From assembly GCA_963702435.1 (NCBI GenBank), contig CAVPCR010000004.1, forward strand, positions 608,001-672,000: a stretch of DNA of 64,000 nt, written 5' to 3'. The notes beneath the pieces are model-generated. The model was not told the origin of the DNA. It worked only from the letters and a program-made list of their open reading frames with translations, and did no database searches. Of this stretch, positions 27,461-36,584 are shown one piece after another (position 1 is the first letter of the stretch; each line of letters opens with the position of its first letter). This DNA comes from Candidatus Eiseniibacteriota bacterium (GTDB lineage Bacteria; Eisenbacteria; RBG-16-71-46; CAVPCR01). Made by a program: the position numbers and the translations under genes.

Positions 27461-27797
27461 GGGCTACGGGACGGGGGCGAGGCCTTCGCCGGCATGGGCA
27501 GCTACTTCCGCCTCTACAACACCGAGTGGCCGCACCAGGCTTGGACTCCGGACACCGCACGAGGTCCACTGGGGATGGAAGGAGGGGGGTACTACGGGTC
27601 GGGTCGAACCGAGAGCGTGGCTCCTGGAGCTCCTGTGGACGTCGATTTCCCGGAGGTCCCCGTAGAGCAGAGGAAGCCCGAGCCGAAGGGGGATCTGGGC
27701 ACGGTGCCCATGGCAACCCCGGCGGATCACGTACCCCGCAGTATACACCTCACCGTAGGATGGCCGGAAGACTGTCCAAAGAGTGGGGAGCTTCCCC
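27461..27797 (+). mobile_element. IS3-family remnant (transposase C-terminus plus right-end-like sequence)
   Basis: DGGEAFAGMGSYFRLYNTEWPHQA, then frameshifted LGLRTPHEVHW, matches the IS3 YN..RPH..LG..TP tail. Followed by CACCTCA...CTGTCCAAAGAGTGGGGAGCTTCCC, resembling an IS3 right end. Confidence 0.65.
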
Positions 27798-28207
27798 GGC
27801 TATCGCCTTGGAAGGGTTGCTGTGGCAGTTGATGACGTCGTTCGGACCGGTGGAGGTGCCCCACGCTCGCTCGCAGACGGCTTTGATGCACGAGCGACCG
27901 TGGCGTGCTATTCGCGGCGCACGTGGTGCTGGTCAAGGGTAGGTGGCGTCCCGCTGTTTAGCGCTCTCCCGGGTGGCAGAGTGCATCCCAGCTGTTCACC
28001 GTGTTGAAGGTGCGCGACCTGAGCCGCGAGCCGTACGCGATCCAGGGCTGGATAACATCTGTCGCTGCACGGACTGACGGCTGAATAGCCGACTTTCTTC
28101 GGACATCGAATGGTCCTCAAGCTTCCTGAGGAAGCTCCCTGGCGCCGGTTAGCGTCATGGATGCAGGCCACCAAGGGATCAGGTCCATTGAGTTCAGGAG
28201 GTGCGGC

Positions 28208-28603
28208 ATGTGGCTAACAAGGAGCATCGTCTATATCCTGGCGTTCCTGGCGTTCGCTGCGCTATCCCCTCTAGCACAAGCGTATCAGTGTGACATAGAA
28301 GACCTGGAATGTGAAGATGACAAGGTGACATGGACTGGTATAGAATGCGATGGGTGCAACCCGTGTCCATTTGTCTTCATCTATCGCCAATCCGCAGATT
28401 CGAATTGCCCGGAAGCAAAGCACAAGATCGGCGAGGCTCTGTGGACTGATTATGGGTTTACAGACCTCCTGGCAGACGGAAGTATGTGCTATACGTACAC
28501 TGTTGAAGTGCGACGCAACTGCACTGAGCAGAAGCCGGACGGAGACCCTGCCTGCAGCGAGGCTGTTAGCAGTTGCATGACGTGCCCCTGCTATCCGAAG
28601 TAG
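28208..28603 (+). CDS. Small secreted cysteine-rich protein (12 Cys)
   Basis: AGGAGGT RBS, signal peptide ending LAQA, GC well below the flanks. Confidence 0.8.
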   Translation: MWLTRSIVYILAFLAFAALSPLAQAYQCDIEDLECEDDKVTWTGIECDGCNPCPFVFIYRQSADSNCPEAKHKIGEALWTDYGFTDLLADGSMCYTYTVEVRRNCTEQKPDGDPACSEAVSSCMTCPCYPK

Positions 28604-28856
28604 GTGAAAGGAGCGGCAGCGGGCGTCGCTCGGCTCGGACAATCGCTCGCCCGCGAACTTGGCGCCGGGCTGGCGCTCCGAGCACGGAGGGCGGGATCGA
28701 GGACTCCTTGCCAGTCTCTGGGCCCGTCCGCCACGCTCGTCGCCGCGGGACGTAGGGGACGGGCGGAGCCCGGCACTCAGGCGGAACCTGTTCATCAGGC
28801 AGGGTCCGACCCTCAGGCGGCGCCCGTCGCTGCGCTCCGAGCGCGCCGCGGCGCGG

Positions 28857-30032
28857 CTACTTCCCGGCCGCAGCCAGGGCGGGGAGCCCGAGAAGCTCGC
28901 GGATCCGGCCGAGGACGATGTCGCCGTCGCGCGCGACGAGCGTCTCGCGCGTGATCTCGTCCTCCATGTTGAGCTGCAAGACGCCGTCCTTGACCAGATG
29001 GAGGAGGAAGGTGCTCACGTTCTTCGCGTACATCTGGCTCGCGTGGTAGGGCACGGTTGCCGGGATGTTCAAGGGGCCGAGGATCGTGACGCCGTGCTCG
29101 ACCACCGTCTCGCCGGCGCGCGTGTACTCGCAGTTGCCGCCGCGCTCGGCGGCGAGGTCGACGACCACGGAACCGGGAGCCATGCTGCGCACGGCCTCCT
29201 TGGTGACGAGGACCGGGGCCCGCTTCCCGGGCACGGCGGCGGTCGTGATGATGACGTCGAAGCGCGCGGCGGCTGCGGCGAGCGCCGCCTGCTGCCGCTT
29301 GTAGAAGTCCTCGCCCATCGCCTTCGCATAGCCGCCCTTGTCCTCGGCGTCCCCGGTGTCGAGGCCGAGATCGAGGAACTTGGCGCCCATGCTCTGCACC
29401 TGCTCCTTGACGGCGGCGCGCACGTCGTAGGCCTCGACCACCGCGCCGAGGCGGCGCGCGCTCGCGATCGCCTGGAGGCCGGCCACGCCGGCGCCCATGA
29501 CGAGCACCTTGGCCGGGGTCAGCGTGCCGGCCGCGGTCATCATCATCGGGAACATGCGCGGGAGCGTGCTCGCGGCGAGGAGCACGGCCTTGTAGCCGGC
29601 GATCGACGCCATCGAGGAGAGGACGTCCATGCTCTGCGCGCGCGTGATGCGCGGCATGAGCTCCATGGCGAAGACCGTGGCGCCGGTGGCCGCCAGCTCC
29701 TTGAGCGGAGCCGGCACCGAGAGCGGATCGAGCGAGCCGATGAGGGCCTGGCCGCGGCGGAGGAGGGGGAGGTCGGCGCGCCCGGCCTCGGGATTGGCGC
29801 CGCCGGCGCGCACCATGATGATCGCGTCGGACCCGGCGAAGAGGTCGGCGCGGGTCGCGACGACCTCGGCGCCCTTCTCCTTGTACACGTCATCGGGAAA
29901 CCCCGCTGCCACGCCGGCGCCGGCCTCGATCTTGACCTTGAGCCCGGCCTTGCCGAGTGCGGTGAGGGTGGCGGGGATGATCGCGACGCGCTTCTCCCCC
30001 GGGAACGTCTCCTTCGGAATGCCGATGATCAT
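28857..30032 (-). CDS. pntA: NAD(P) transhydrogenase alpha subunit part 1 (soluble dI, PntAA)
   Basis: GIPKE..GEKRVA, PRITRAQSMDVLSS, GAGVAGLQA, GGYAK, DLAAERGGNC; no TM segment. Confidence 0.93.
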   Translation of the reverse strand: MIIGIPKETFPGEKRVAIIPATLTALGKAGLKVKIEAGAGVAAGFPDDVYKEKGAEVVATRADLFAGSDAIIMVRAGGANPEAGRADLPLLRRGQALIGSLDPLSVPAPLKELAATGATVFAMELMPRITRAQSMDVLSSMASIAGYKAVLLAASTLPRMFPMMMTAAGTLTPAKVLVMGAGVAGLQAIASARRLGAVVEAYDVRAAVKEQVQSMGAKFLDLGLDTGDAEDKGGYAKAMGEDFYKRQQAALAAAAARFDVIITTAAVPGKRAPVLVTKEAVRSMAPGSVVVDLAAERGGNCEYTRAGETVVEHGVTILGPLNIPATVPYHASQMYAKNVSTFLLHLVKDGVLQLNMEDEITRETLVARDGDIVLGRIRELLGLPALAAAGK

Positions 30033-30167
30033 GGCGCTGACCTCGAGCGAAAGGCCCTCGACTGGATGCCCCGCGCCGAACGCGCCGGGGCCGAGCGGGC
30101 TGGATTATACGCGTTTCGCGCCGGCTGTCATCCGGGCCGGCCGGGCTGGCGGGCGCGGCGCTGGGCC

Positions 30168-30593
30168 TCAGCGGCCGATCAGCGCGGCGTGGTCGACCAT
30201 GATGCAGCGGTTCATGACGACGAGGAGGCCGGCGGCCCGGGCGCGCTCGGCGGCCGCCTCGTCGGCGATCCCGACCTGCATCCAGACGGCGCGGACGCCG
30301 CGCGCGATGGCCTCGTCCACGTGCGGGCCGACCTCCGCCGAGCGGCGGAAGAGGTTCACGATGTCGATCGGGGTGGCGGCGGGAACGGCGGCGAGGCGCG
30401 GGTACGACGTCGCGCCGAGAATCTCCCGGTGCCCCGGATTCACCGGGACGATCGTGTAGCCGCGGCGCTGCATGTAGAGCGCCACCCGGTGGCTGTCGCG
30501 CTCGGGCTTCGGCGAGAGGCCGACGACGGCGATGGTGCGGGCCGTCGTGAGGAGATCGCGGATCTCGGCGGATGTCGGGTTGGTCGAGGTCAC
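30168..30593 (-). CDS. CoA-binding protein (YccU-like)
   Basis: IAVVGLSPKPERDS, PVNP, VNLFR, VWMQVG, VMNRC. Confidence 0.9.
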   Translation of the reverse strand: MTSTNPTSAEIRDLLTTARTIAVVGLSPKPERDSHRVALYMQRRGYTIVPVNPGHREILGATSYPRLAAVPAATPIDIVNLFRRSAEVGPHVDEAIARGVRAVWMQVGIADEAAAERARAAGLLVVMNRCIMVDHAALIGR

Positions 30594-30687
30594 GGCTCCG
30601 GTTCCGGGTTCGTGGGGGCCAGAAGGCAGGTCACTCTAGCACGAGCGCTTGCGTGCGGGCCGCCGCGGATGTGGGATAATGCGCGAC

Positions 30688-32040
30688 ATGGTGCGACCAC
30701 TGGACGAACAGATCGCGATTCTCCTTTCCGGATGTCTCTTCGCCGACGAGGTGGAAGGAGCCGAGGCGGGCGGCGCGACACTCGGCCCCGACGGCGCGCT
30801 CGGTGCGGCCGGCACGGCCGGCGGACCCGACGCCCCCGGCGCCCCCGGCGCCGAGCGTACGCTCCGTGCGCAGATGACCGCCGAGCTCCGCGCGCGCCTC
30901 GCCGAGAGTCTCCACAGCGGGCGGCCGCTGCGCGTCTACCTGGGCGCCGATCCCACCGCGAAGAGCCTCCACATCGGGCACTTCGTCTCCGTGCAGAAGC
31001 TCCGCCAGTTCCAGGAGCTCGGGCATCAGGTCATCTTCCTGGTCGGCGACTACACGGCGACGATCGGAGACCCGAGCGGGCAGGCGAGCGAGCGGCGGCG
31101 TTTCACGCACGAGCTCGTGATGGAGATGGCCGAGGACTACCAGAACCAGGTGTTCCAGGTCCTCGACCGCGCGAAGACCGAGGTGCGCTACAACGGGGAG
31201 TGGCTATCCAAGCTCACCTTCGCCGATGTCCTCGAGCTCGCGGCCATGTTCCCGCTCAAGTGGGTCGTCAGCCGTCGCGATTTCGCCGAGCGGCTCGCGC
31301 GCGGCGAGTCGCTCCGGCTGCATGAGACCCTCTACAGCATCATGCAGGGCTACGATGCGCACGCGCTCCAGTGCGACGTCCAGGTCGGCGGCTACGACCA
31401 GCACTTCAACCTGCTCGCCGGGCGCTGGATCCAGGAACGCTTCGGCGAGAAGCCACACATCATGCTGACCACTCCACTCCTTCCGGGCACCGACGGCCGG
31501 AAGATGAGCAAGTCCTACGGCAACGAGATCGCGATCCGCGATTCGGCCGCGGACATCTACGGGAAGACGATGCGGGTGGCCGACGAGTACCTCGTGAGCT
31601 ACATCCAGCTGGCGACCGCCTACGCCCAGGAGGAGAAGGCCGAGCTCATCGCCCGCCTCGGCCGCCCGGGTGAGAACCCGATGGCGATCAAGAAGGAGCT
31701 CGCCTTCCACCTGACTGCGCTCTACGCGGGGCAGGCGGCCGCCGAGCGCGCCGCGGAGCACTTCCGCACGGTGGTGCAGGAGAAGGCGGCGCCGGATGAG
31801 GTGGCCGCGGTCGCGATCCCGGCCGAGCTCGCCGCGGCCGCCGCGGGCGCGGGCGTGACGTGGCCCGATCTCCTCGTCGCGCTCAAGCTCGCCGGCAGCA
31901 AGGGTGAGGTCCGGCGCCTCATGCAGCAGGGCGGCTTCTACGTCGAGCAGGAACCGGTCACCGACATCATGGCGCGCTACCGGGGCGGCACCGTGCTCGT
32001 GCGTCTCGGAAGGCGGAAGTACTACCGCCTTGGCGGCTAG
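30688..32040 (+). CDS. tyrS: Tyrosine--tRNA ligase
   Basis: YLGADPTA..LHIGH, QGYD, QVGGYDQHFN, KMSKS, C-terminal S4-like domain; Gly/Ala-rich insertion near the N-terminus. Confidence 0.96.
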   Translation: MVRPLDEQIAILLSGCLFADEVEGAEAGGATLGPDGALGAAGTAGGPDAPGAPGAERTLRAQMTAELRARLAESLHSGRPLRVYLGADPTAKSLHIGHFVSVQKLRQFQELGHQVIFLVGDYTATIGDPSGQASERRRFTHELVMEMAEDYQNQVFQVLDRAKTEVRYNGEWLSKLTFADVLELAAMFPLKWVVSRRDFAERLARGESLRLHETLYSIMQGYDAHALQCDVQVGGYDQHFNLLAGRWIQERFGEKPHIMLTTPLLPGTDGRKMSKSYGNEIAIRDSAADIYGKTMRVADEYLVSYIQLATAYAQEEKAELIARLGRPGENPMAIKKELAFHLTALYAGQAAAERAAEHFRTVVQEKAAPDEVAAVAIPAELAAAAAGAGVTWPDLLVALKLAGSKGEVRRLMQQGGFYVEQEPVTDIMARYRGGTVLVRLGRRKYYRLGG

Positions 32041-33937
32041 CGGCGGCTCCCGGCGCCGGGCCGACCGGCGCCCGCGCGGCCGGCCGGCCGGTAGCCGGGG
32101 GCCGTTCACCGCTGCGCTCGCCGCCGCCGGGGCGGCGGTCCCGCCCTGGGCCTGGGCGCTCGGCGGTGCGCTGCTCGCTCTCGGCGCTCTCTTCTTCGCC
32201 TGCCGCGGCGCGCCGCTCGGCGCCGCCGTCGCCGACGACTACGCCTACCTCGGAAATCTGCGCCTCGACGGGAAAATCGATCCTTTCGACTCGATGGGGT
32301 CGCCCTTCTACTGGCGCCCCCTCTCCCGGCAGCTCTACTTCTCGCTCGTCGGGCCATGGCTCCGCGCGGCGCCGTGGGGCGCGGCGCTCCTCCACGCGGC
32401 CCTCTTCATCCTCCTCTACGCGGTTCTCTACCGGAGCGCCCGCCGCGCGCTCGGCCCGCCGGCGGCGGCCGCGCTCGCGAGCTTCCCGCTCCTCGCCGAG
32501 CCGGCACGAGTGCTCCTCGCCTGGCCGAGCGGGGCGCACTACCTGCTCCTCGTTCTCGCCGCGGCGATCGCGCTGGCGGCTGCGTTCGCCGACCGGCGCC
32601 GCGTGGCCGCGGCGGCCGCGCTCGCCGCGCTCCTCGCGCACGAGTCCGGCGTGCTCGTGGTGCTCGCCCTGCCGGTGATCGCCCACTTCCGCAACCGCAG
32701 CCGCGCGGTGGTGCGGGCATGGGGGATCGCATCGCTCGCGGTCCTCGTCCTGTGGGGCGCCGGACTTCTCGTTGCCCGCGCCCGAGGTGTCGCGTGGCCG
32801 GCGGAGGAGAGCGCGGGCGGCGCCCTCGGCGCCGTTCCCGAGGTTCTCGGCGCGAGCCTCGCGGCGCAGCTCAATCTCGAGGATCTCGGTCCGGGACGGC
32901 GCCCGTTCCTGCTCATCGGCTACGCCGCGGTCGCGTTTGCCGCCCTGGTCGCCGCCACCGAGCGCGCGGCCCGCGCCCGCCTCGCGCGGCACACGCCGCT
33001 CATTCTCGGCGGCCTCGCCTGGTTCGTCGCCGGCTCGCTGCCGCTCGCCGTCGTGCCGCCGTGGAACGCGTGGCGCACGGCCCTCCCGGCGCTCGGCCTC
33101 GGTGTAGCCGGCACCGCCGCCGCCGGGGCGCTGCATCCGGCGCTCGCGGTCGGCTTCGCCGCCGTGCGCGGCGCGGGACTCCTCCTCGCCGCGCCGGCAC
33201 CGGCGCTCGTCGCGACCGAGCCCCCGGACGCCGCCTCGCAGATCTCGTTCACGCGCCTCGTGCGGCTGCAGCACGCGGTCGCCGCCGCCGAGGAGGCCCT
33301 CCTTGCGCGCTACCCGACTCTGCCGCGCGGCGCCGACGTCCGCTACTGGTCGCTGCCGCGGATGACCGAGCTCGGTTTCCTCGGCGAGACGGCGCCGCGC
33401 GTCTGGTACGCCGACGCGAGCCTCAGGTGGCAGGGATTCGGCGGAGATCGCGGGTTCGAGCGGCGCGCGCCGGACGCTCTCGTCCAGTTCAGCCCCGAGC
33501 ATCCCGCCGCGGAGTTCGCGGTCGTCATCGAGCCGGAGGCGCTCCGCTACTACGCGGGAGCGCGCCGGGCCTTCCTCGAGGAGCAGAACGCGCTCGCGGA
33601 TTCGCTCTTCGCAATCGCTTACCGGGAGCAACCGCGCCCGGCGCCGCTCTTCTACGCCAACGTCGCGCGCGATCAGGCGCGCCTCGCCTACAATCGGGGC
33701 GACTTCGCCGCCGCCGATTCCCTGAACGCGCTCGACCTCGCGCACGCCGGGGAGAGCCCGTACCACGCCGCTCTGTCGGCGCATCTCGCCTATGTGCGTG
33801 GCGACCAGGAGGCGGCGGCTCGCTGGTTGCAGGCATGCCTGTCCCTCGATCCGCAGCACGGCGAGGGGCGGCAGCTCGCGGCGCAGATGGGGCTCGTGCC
33901 GCGCATCGGCGGGCCAGCGGGAGCGAATCCGCCGTAG
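32030..33937 (+). CDS. Multi-pass membrane protein, GT-C glycosyltransferase-like N-terminus, C-terminal TPR-like helices
   Basis: TM followed by ADDY...YWRPLS loop, many TMs, HE motif, TPR-like end. TTG start overlaps the tyrS stop. Confidence 0.55.
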   Translation: MAASGGSRRRADRRPRGRPAGSRGPFTAALAAAGAAVPPWAWALGGALLALGALFFACRGAPLGAAVADDYAYLGNLRLDGKIDPFDSMGSPFYWRPLSRQLYFSLVGPWLRAAPWGAALLHAALFILLYAVLYRSARRALGPPAAAALASFPLLAEPARVLLAWPSGAHYLLLVLAAAIALAAAFADRRRVAAAAALAALLAHESGVLVVLALPVIAHFRNRSRAVVRAWGIASLAVLVLWGAGLLVARARGVAWPAEESAGGALGAVPEVLGASLAAQLNLEDLGPGRRPFLLIGYAAVAFAALVAATERAARARLARHTPLILGGLAWFVAGSLPLAVVPPWNAWRTALPALGLGVAGTAAAGALHPALAVGFAAVRGAGLLLAAPAPALVATEPPDAASQISFTRLVRLQHAVAAAEEALLARYPTLPRGADVRYWSLPRMTELGFLGETAPRVWYADASLRWQGFGGDRGFERRAPDALVQFSPEHPAAEFAVVIEPEALRYYAGARRAFLEEQNALADSLFAIAYREQPRPAPLFYANVARDQARLAYNRGDFAAADSLNALDLAHAGESPYHAALSAHLAYVRGDQEAAARWLQACLSLDPQHGEGRQLAAQMGLVPRIGGPAGANPP

Positions 33938-33941
33938 GTCG

Positions 33942-36584
33942 CTAGCGCGCGAGGACGAGGCGCTGGCTCACCGTCGCGCCGCTCGCCGTGATGCGGGCGA
34001 CATAGACGCCGGCGGGGAGGCCGTGGTCCGCCGCGTCGAAGCGCAAGCGATGCTCGCCGCGCTCGACCTGCGCGTCGAGGAGCGTGGCCAGGTGACGCCC
34101 GGCCACGTTGTAGATCGCGACCATCACCGGTGCGGGCCCATCCACGGTGAAGCGTAGCGTCGTCGCGACGGTGAACGGGTTCGGGGCGGCGGCGAAGAGG
34201 CGGAGGCTCGCCGCAGGCGCCGAGGCCGCCGGCTCGCCGAGCGCGGTCGTCGGGTCGATGAGCGGTCGCTCGTACACGCCGTGGCCGTGGGTGACTGCAC
34301 GGATCCGGCGCGTGGGCTTGACCGCCGAGAGATCCATCACGATCGCCGTCGGCAGGCCGAGCTGGAACTCCTGCCAGCTCTGCCCGGCGTCGTTCGAGGC
34401 GTAGACCCCGAGATCGTTTCCGAAGTAGAGGTGATCGGGGTAGTCGGGGTCGATGAGGATCGCCGAGGACGGCACGTCGGGAAGCGCCGCGCTCAGATCG
34501 GTCCAGGTGCCGCCTGCATCGGTCGTGCGATAGAGGTGACCCGAGCCGAACCCCGAGAGCACGACGTAGGCGATCGCGTGATCGCTCGGGTCCACCGCGA
34601 TGTCGACCGGGTAGCGATCGGGAAGCGTGCCGGTCACATTCGTCCACGAGCCCCCGCCGTTCGTCGTCAAGAAGATGCGCGCCCGCGTCGCGCCCGGGGC
34701 GGTGCCCACGTAGACCCAGTCGGGCGAGGTCGCGGAGATGCCCATGGACAACGCCAGGTTCCCGTCGAGCTCGTCCCCGTCGTTCGTGACCGCCCAGTCG
34801 TCGCCGCCGTTCGTCGAGCGATAGATCTTCTTGCGTCCCGCATACATGGTGTCGGGCGCGGACGGCGCGAGGAGGTACGGTGCCACGAAGGCCACGGGCT
34901 CGGTCCCCATCCCCTTCACCGCCGGGTTCCAGGTCTGTCCCCCGTCGAGCGATCGCCAGATCCTGAGGTACTGCGTCGAGCCGAACAGGATGTCGGGTTC
35001 GGTGGGATGGAGCGCGGTCCAGGCGCCGTCGCCGCCGATCAGCTTCCGCCGCCATGCCACCGTGCCCTCGTACAGGTTGGTCCAGCTATCTTGCAGTCCG
35101 CCCATGGCGCGGCTCGGATCGAGCGCGGAGCTCGTGAATCCGTTGTAGAACTGGCTCGTCTGGTAGCCGCCGTTCAAGCCGGCGAACGATTGGCCGCGGT
35201 TGGTGCTCACGAAGACGCCGCCGTCGCCGGCGAAGTAGAGCGTGTCGGGCCGCGCGGGGTCGCAGATCACGGCGTGGTGATCGGCGTGCGAGTAGTTGGG
35301 CGGCCCCTCGGGCTCGCCCGGTAGAACGACCCCGTCGTACGAGAGCTCGGAACGGGAGACCTGCGTCAGGTGGCGGCCGCCGTCGGTCGAGCGCCACATG
35401 TTGACGCCCCCACAGAGGACGAGGGTCGAGTCGTTCGGATCGACGTGCACCCAGTGCGAGTACCAGCCCTGATAGCTGGCGTAGTTCGTGTTGCTGAGGC
35501 GCTCCCAGGTATCTCCGTGATCGGTCGAGCTGAAGAGCCCGAGACCGCTCTCGGACATGGCGAGGCTCGCGTAGACCACGTTCGGATGTGCCCTGTAAAT
35601 GGCGAGCCAGCCTTTGCCGGTCCAGGTGTCGGGGAGGCCCGCAGTGAGCTGCGTCCAGTTCGCGCCCGCGTCGGTCGAGCGGTAGAGGCCGGGCTCGGGG
35701 CTCCCGAGGTTGCCGCATGCGACATAGACGCGATCGGGGTCGACGGGGTCGATCACGATGTGCATGGCCATGAGCACCGGATGCACGTTGGCCCAGCTCC
35801 CGCCGCCGTCGGTCGTCTTGTAGACGCCCTCGGTGGTCGCCGCGTAGAGGAGGTTCGCGTCGGTCGGATGCATGGCGAGCCAGGCCACGCCACGTCGCTG
35901 CTGGTACGACCAATCGAGCGAGTGGTTCCAGGTGGCGCCGCCGTCGGTGGTCTTCAAGATGCCGATCCCGTAGCTGCCGCGGGTCAGGCGGAGGGCGAGG
36001 CCGCCGATCGAGTTCTGATAGCCGTAGACCTCGCCGGTGCCGATGTAGAGCGTGTTCGAGTCATCGTGCGCGACGGCGATCGAGCTCACGCCGAGGACGG
36101 GGAAACCGGTGTCGACGACGTCCCAGGCGTCGGCGCCCTGGCCCGCGGTGAACGTGCGCCAGAGGCCGCCGGAGGCGGCGCCGGCCCACAGGGTGCGCGG
36201 GTTCTCGGGGTTCATGGCGACGGCGAGCGTGCGGCCGCCGATGTTGTGAGGACCGATCGGGGTCCACGGCTCGATGCCGGAGCGCGCCTGATCGAGAGGG
36301 CCGCCGGCGAGGCGGCCCTTCGAGAATTCAAAGGCGGCGGCGTGCCCGACATCGGGAATCGCCTTCCCCGGGTACGCGCGCGTCGCCGCCCAGAAATCGA
36401 GGGCCGCGAGCGCCTCGCTCGGCGAGCCGGGCGGCTCGGCCGCGTCCGGCCGGCGGAGTTGCTGCTCCGGCCCGCGTCGCGATCCCTCGGCTCCGAGCCA
36501 GCGGGCGAGCGCTCCGGCGAGGAGGGCGACGAGGACGAGTGCTGCGATCGAACGCCCGGCGCGCGGGGTCGACATCGCGCTCAT
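33942..36584 (-). CDS. Secreted BNR/Asp-box beta-propeller (VPS10/GH74-like) protein with FlgD/T9SS-like CTD, paralog 1
   Basis: WTPIGP..IGGRT, many [ST].D.G.[TS]W boxes, HADHH, THGHG, then PNPF...IYNVAGR...LPAGVY...RLVL. Confidence 0.88.
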   Translation of the reverse strand: MSAMSTPRAGRSIAALVLVALLAGALARWLGAEGSRRGPEQQLRRPDAAEPPGSPSEALAALDFWAATRAYPGKAIPDVGHAAAFEFSKGRLAGGPLDQARSGIEPWTPIGPHNIGGRTLAVAMNPENPRTLWAGAASGGLWRTFTAGQGADAWDVVDTGFPVLGVSSIAVAHDDSNTLYIGTGEVYGYQNSIGGLALRLTRGSYGIGILKTTDGGATWNHSLDWSYQQRRGVAWLAMHPTDANLLYAATTEGVYKTTDGGGSWANVHPVLMAMHIVIDPVDPDRVYVACGNLGSPEPGLYRSTDAGANWTQLTAGLPDTWTGKGWLAIYRAHPNVVYASLAMSESGLGLFSSTDHGDTWERLSNTNYASYQGWYSHWVHVDPNDSTLVLCGGVNMWRSTDGGRHLTQVSRSELSYDGVVLPGEPEGPPNYSHADHHAVICDPARPDTLYFAGDGGVFVSTNRGQSFAGLNGGYQTSQFYNGFTSSALDPSRAMGGLQDSWTNLYEGTVAWRRKLIGGDGAWTALHPTEPDILFGSTQYLRIWRSLDGGQTWNPAVKGMGTEPVAFVAPYLLAPSAPDTMYAGRKKIYRSTNGGDDWAVTNDGDELDGNLALSMGISATSPDWVYVGTAPGATRARIFLTTNGGGSWTNVTGTLPDRYPVDIAVDPSDHAIAYVVLSGFGSGHLYRTTDAGGTWTDLSAALPDVPSSAILIDPDYPDHLYFGNDLGVYASNDAGQSWQEFQLGLPTAIVMDLSAVKPTRRIRAVTHGHGVYERPLIDPTTALGEPAASAPAASLRLFAAAPNPFTVATTLRFTVDGPAPVMVAIYNVAGRHLATLLDAQVERGEHRLRFDAADHGLPAGVYVARITASGATVSQRLVLAR

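Noticed and set aside
26820..28200. Short ORFs around the IS3 remnant
   Set aside because: No recognisable motifs or consistent RBS; most likely decayed or non-coding DNA.
28208..28603. Cys-rich protein as a RiPP precursor or multiheme cytochrome
   Set aside because: It has a Sec-type signal, no CxxCH motif and no adjacent maturation enzymes.
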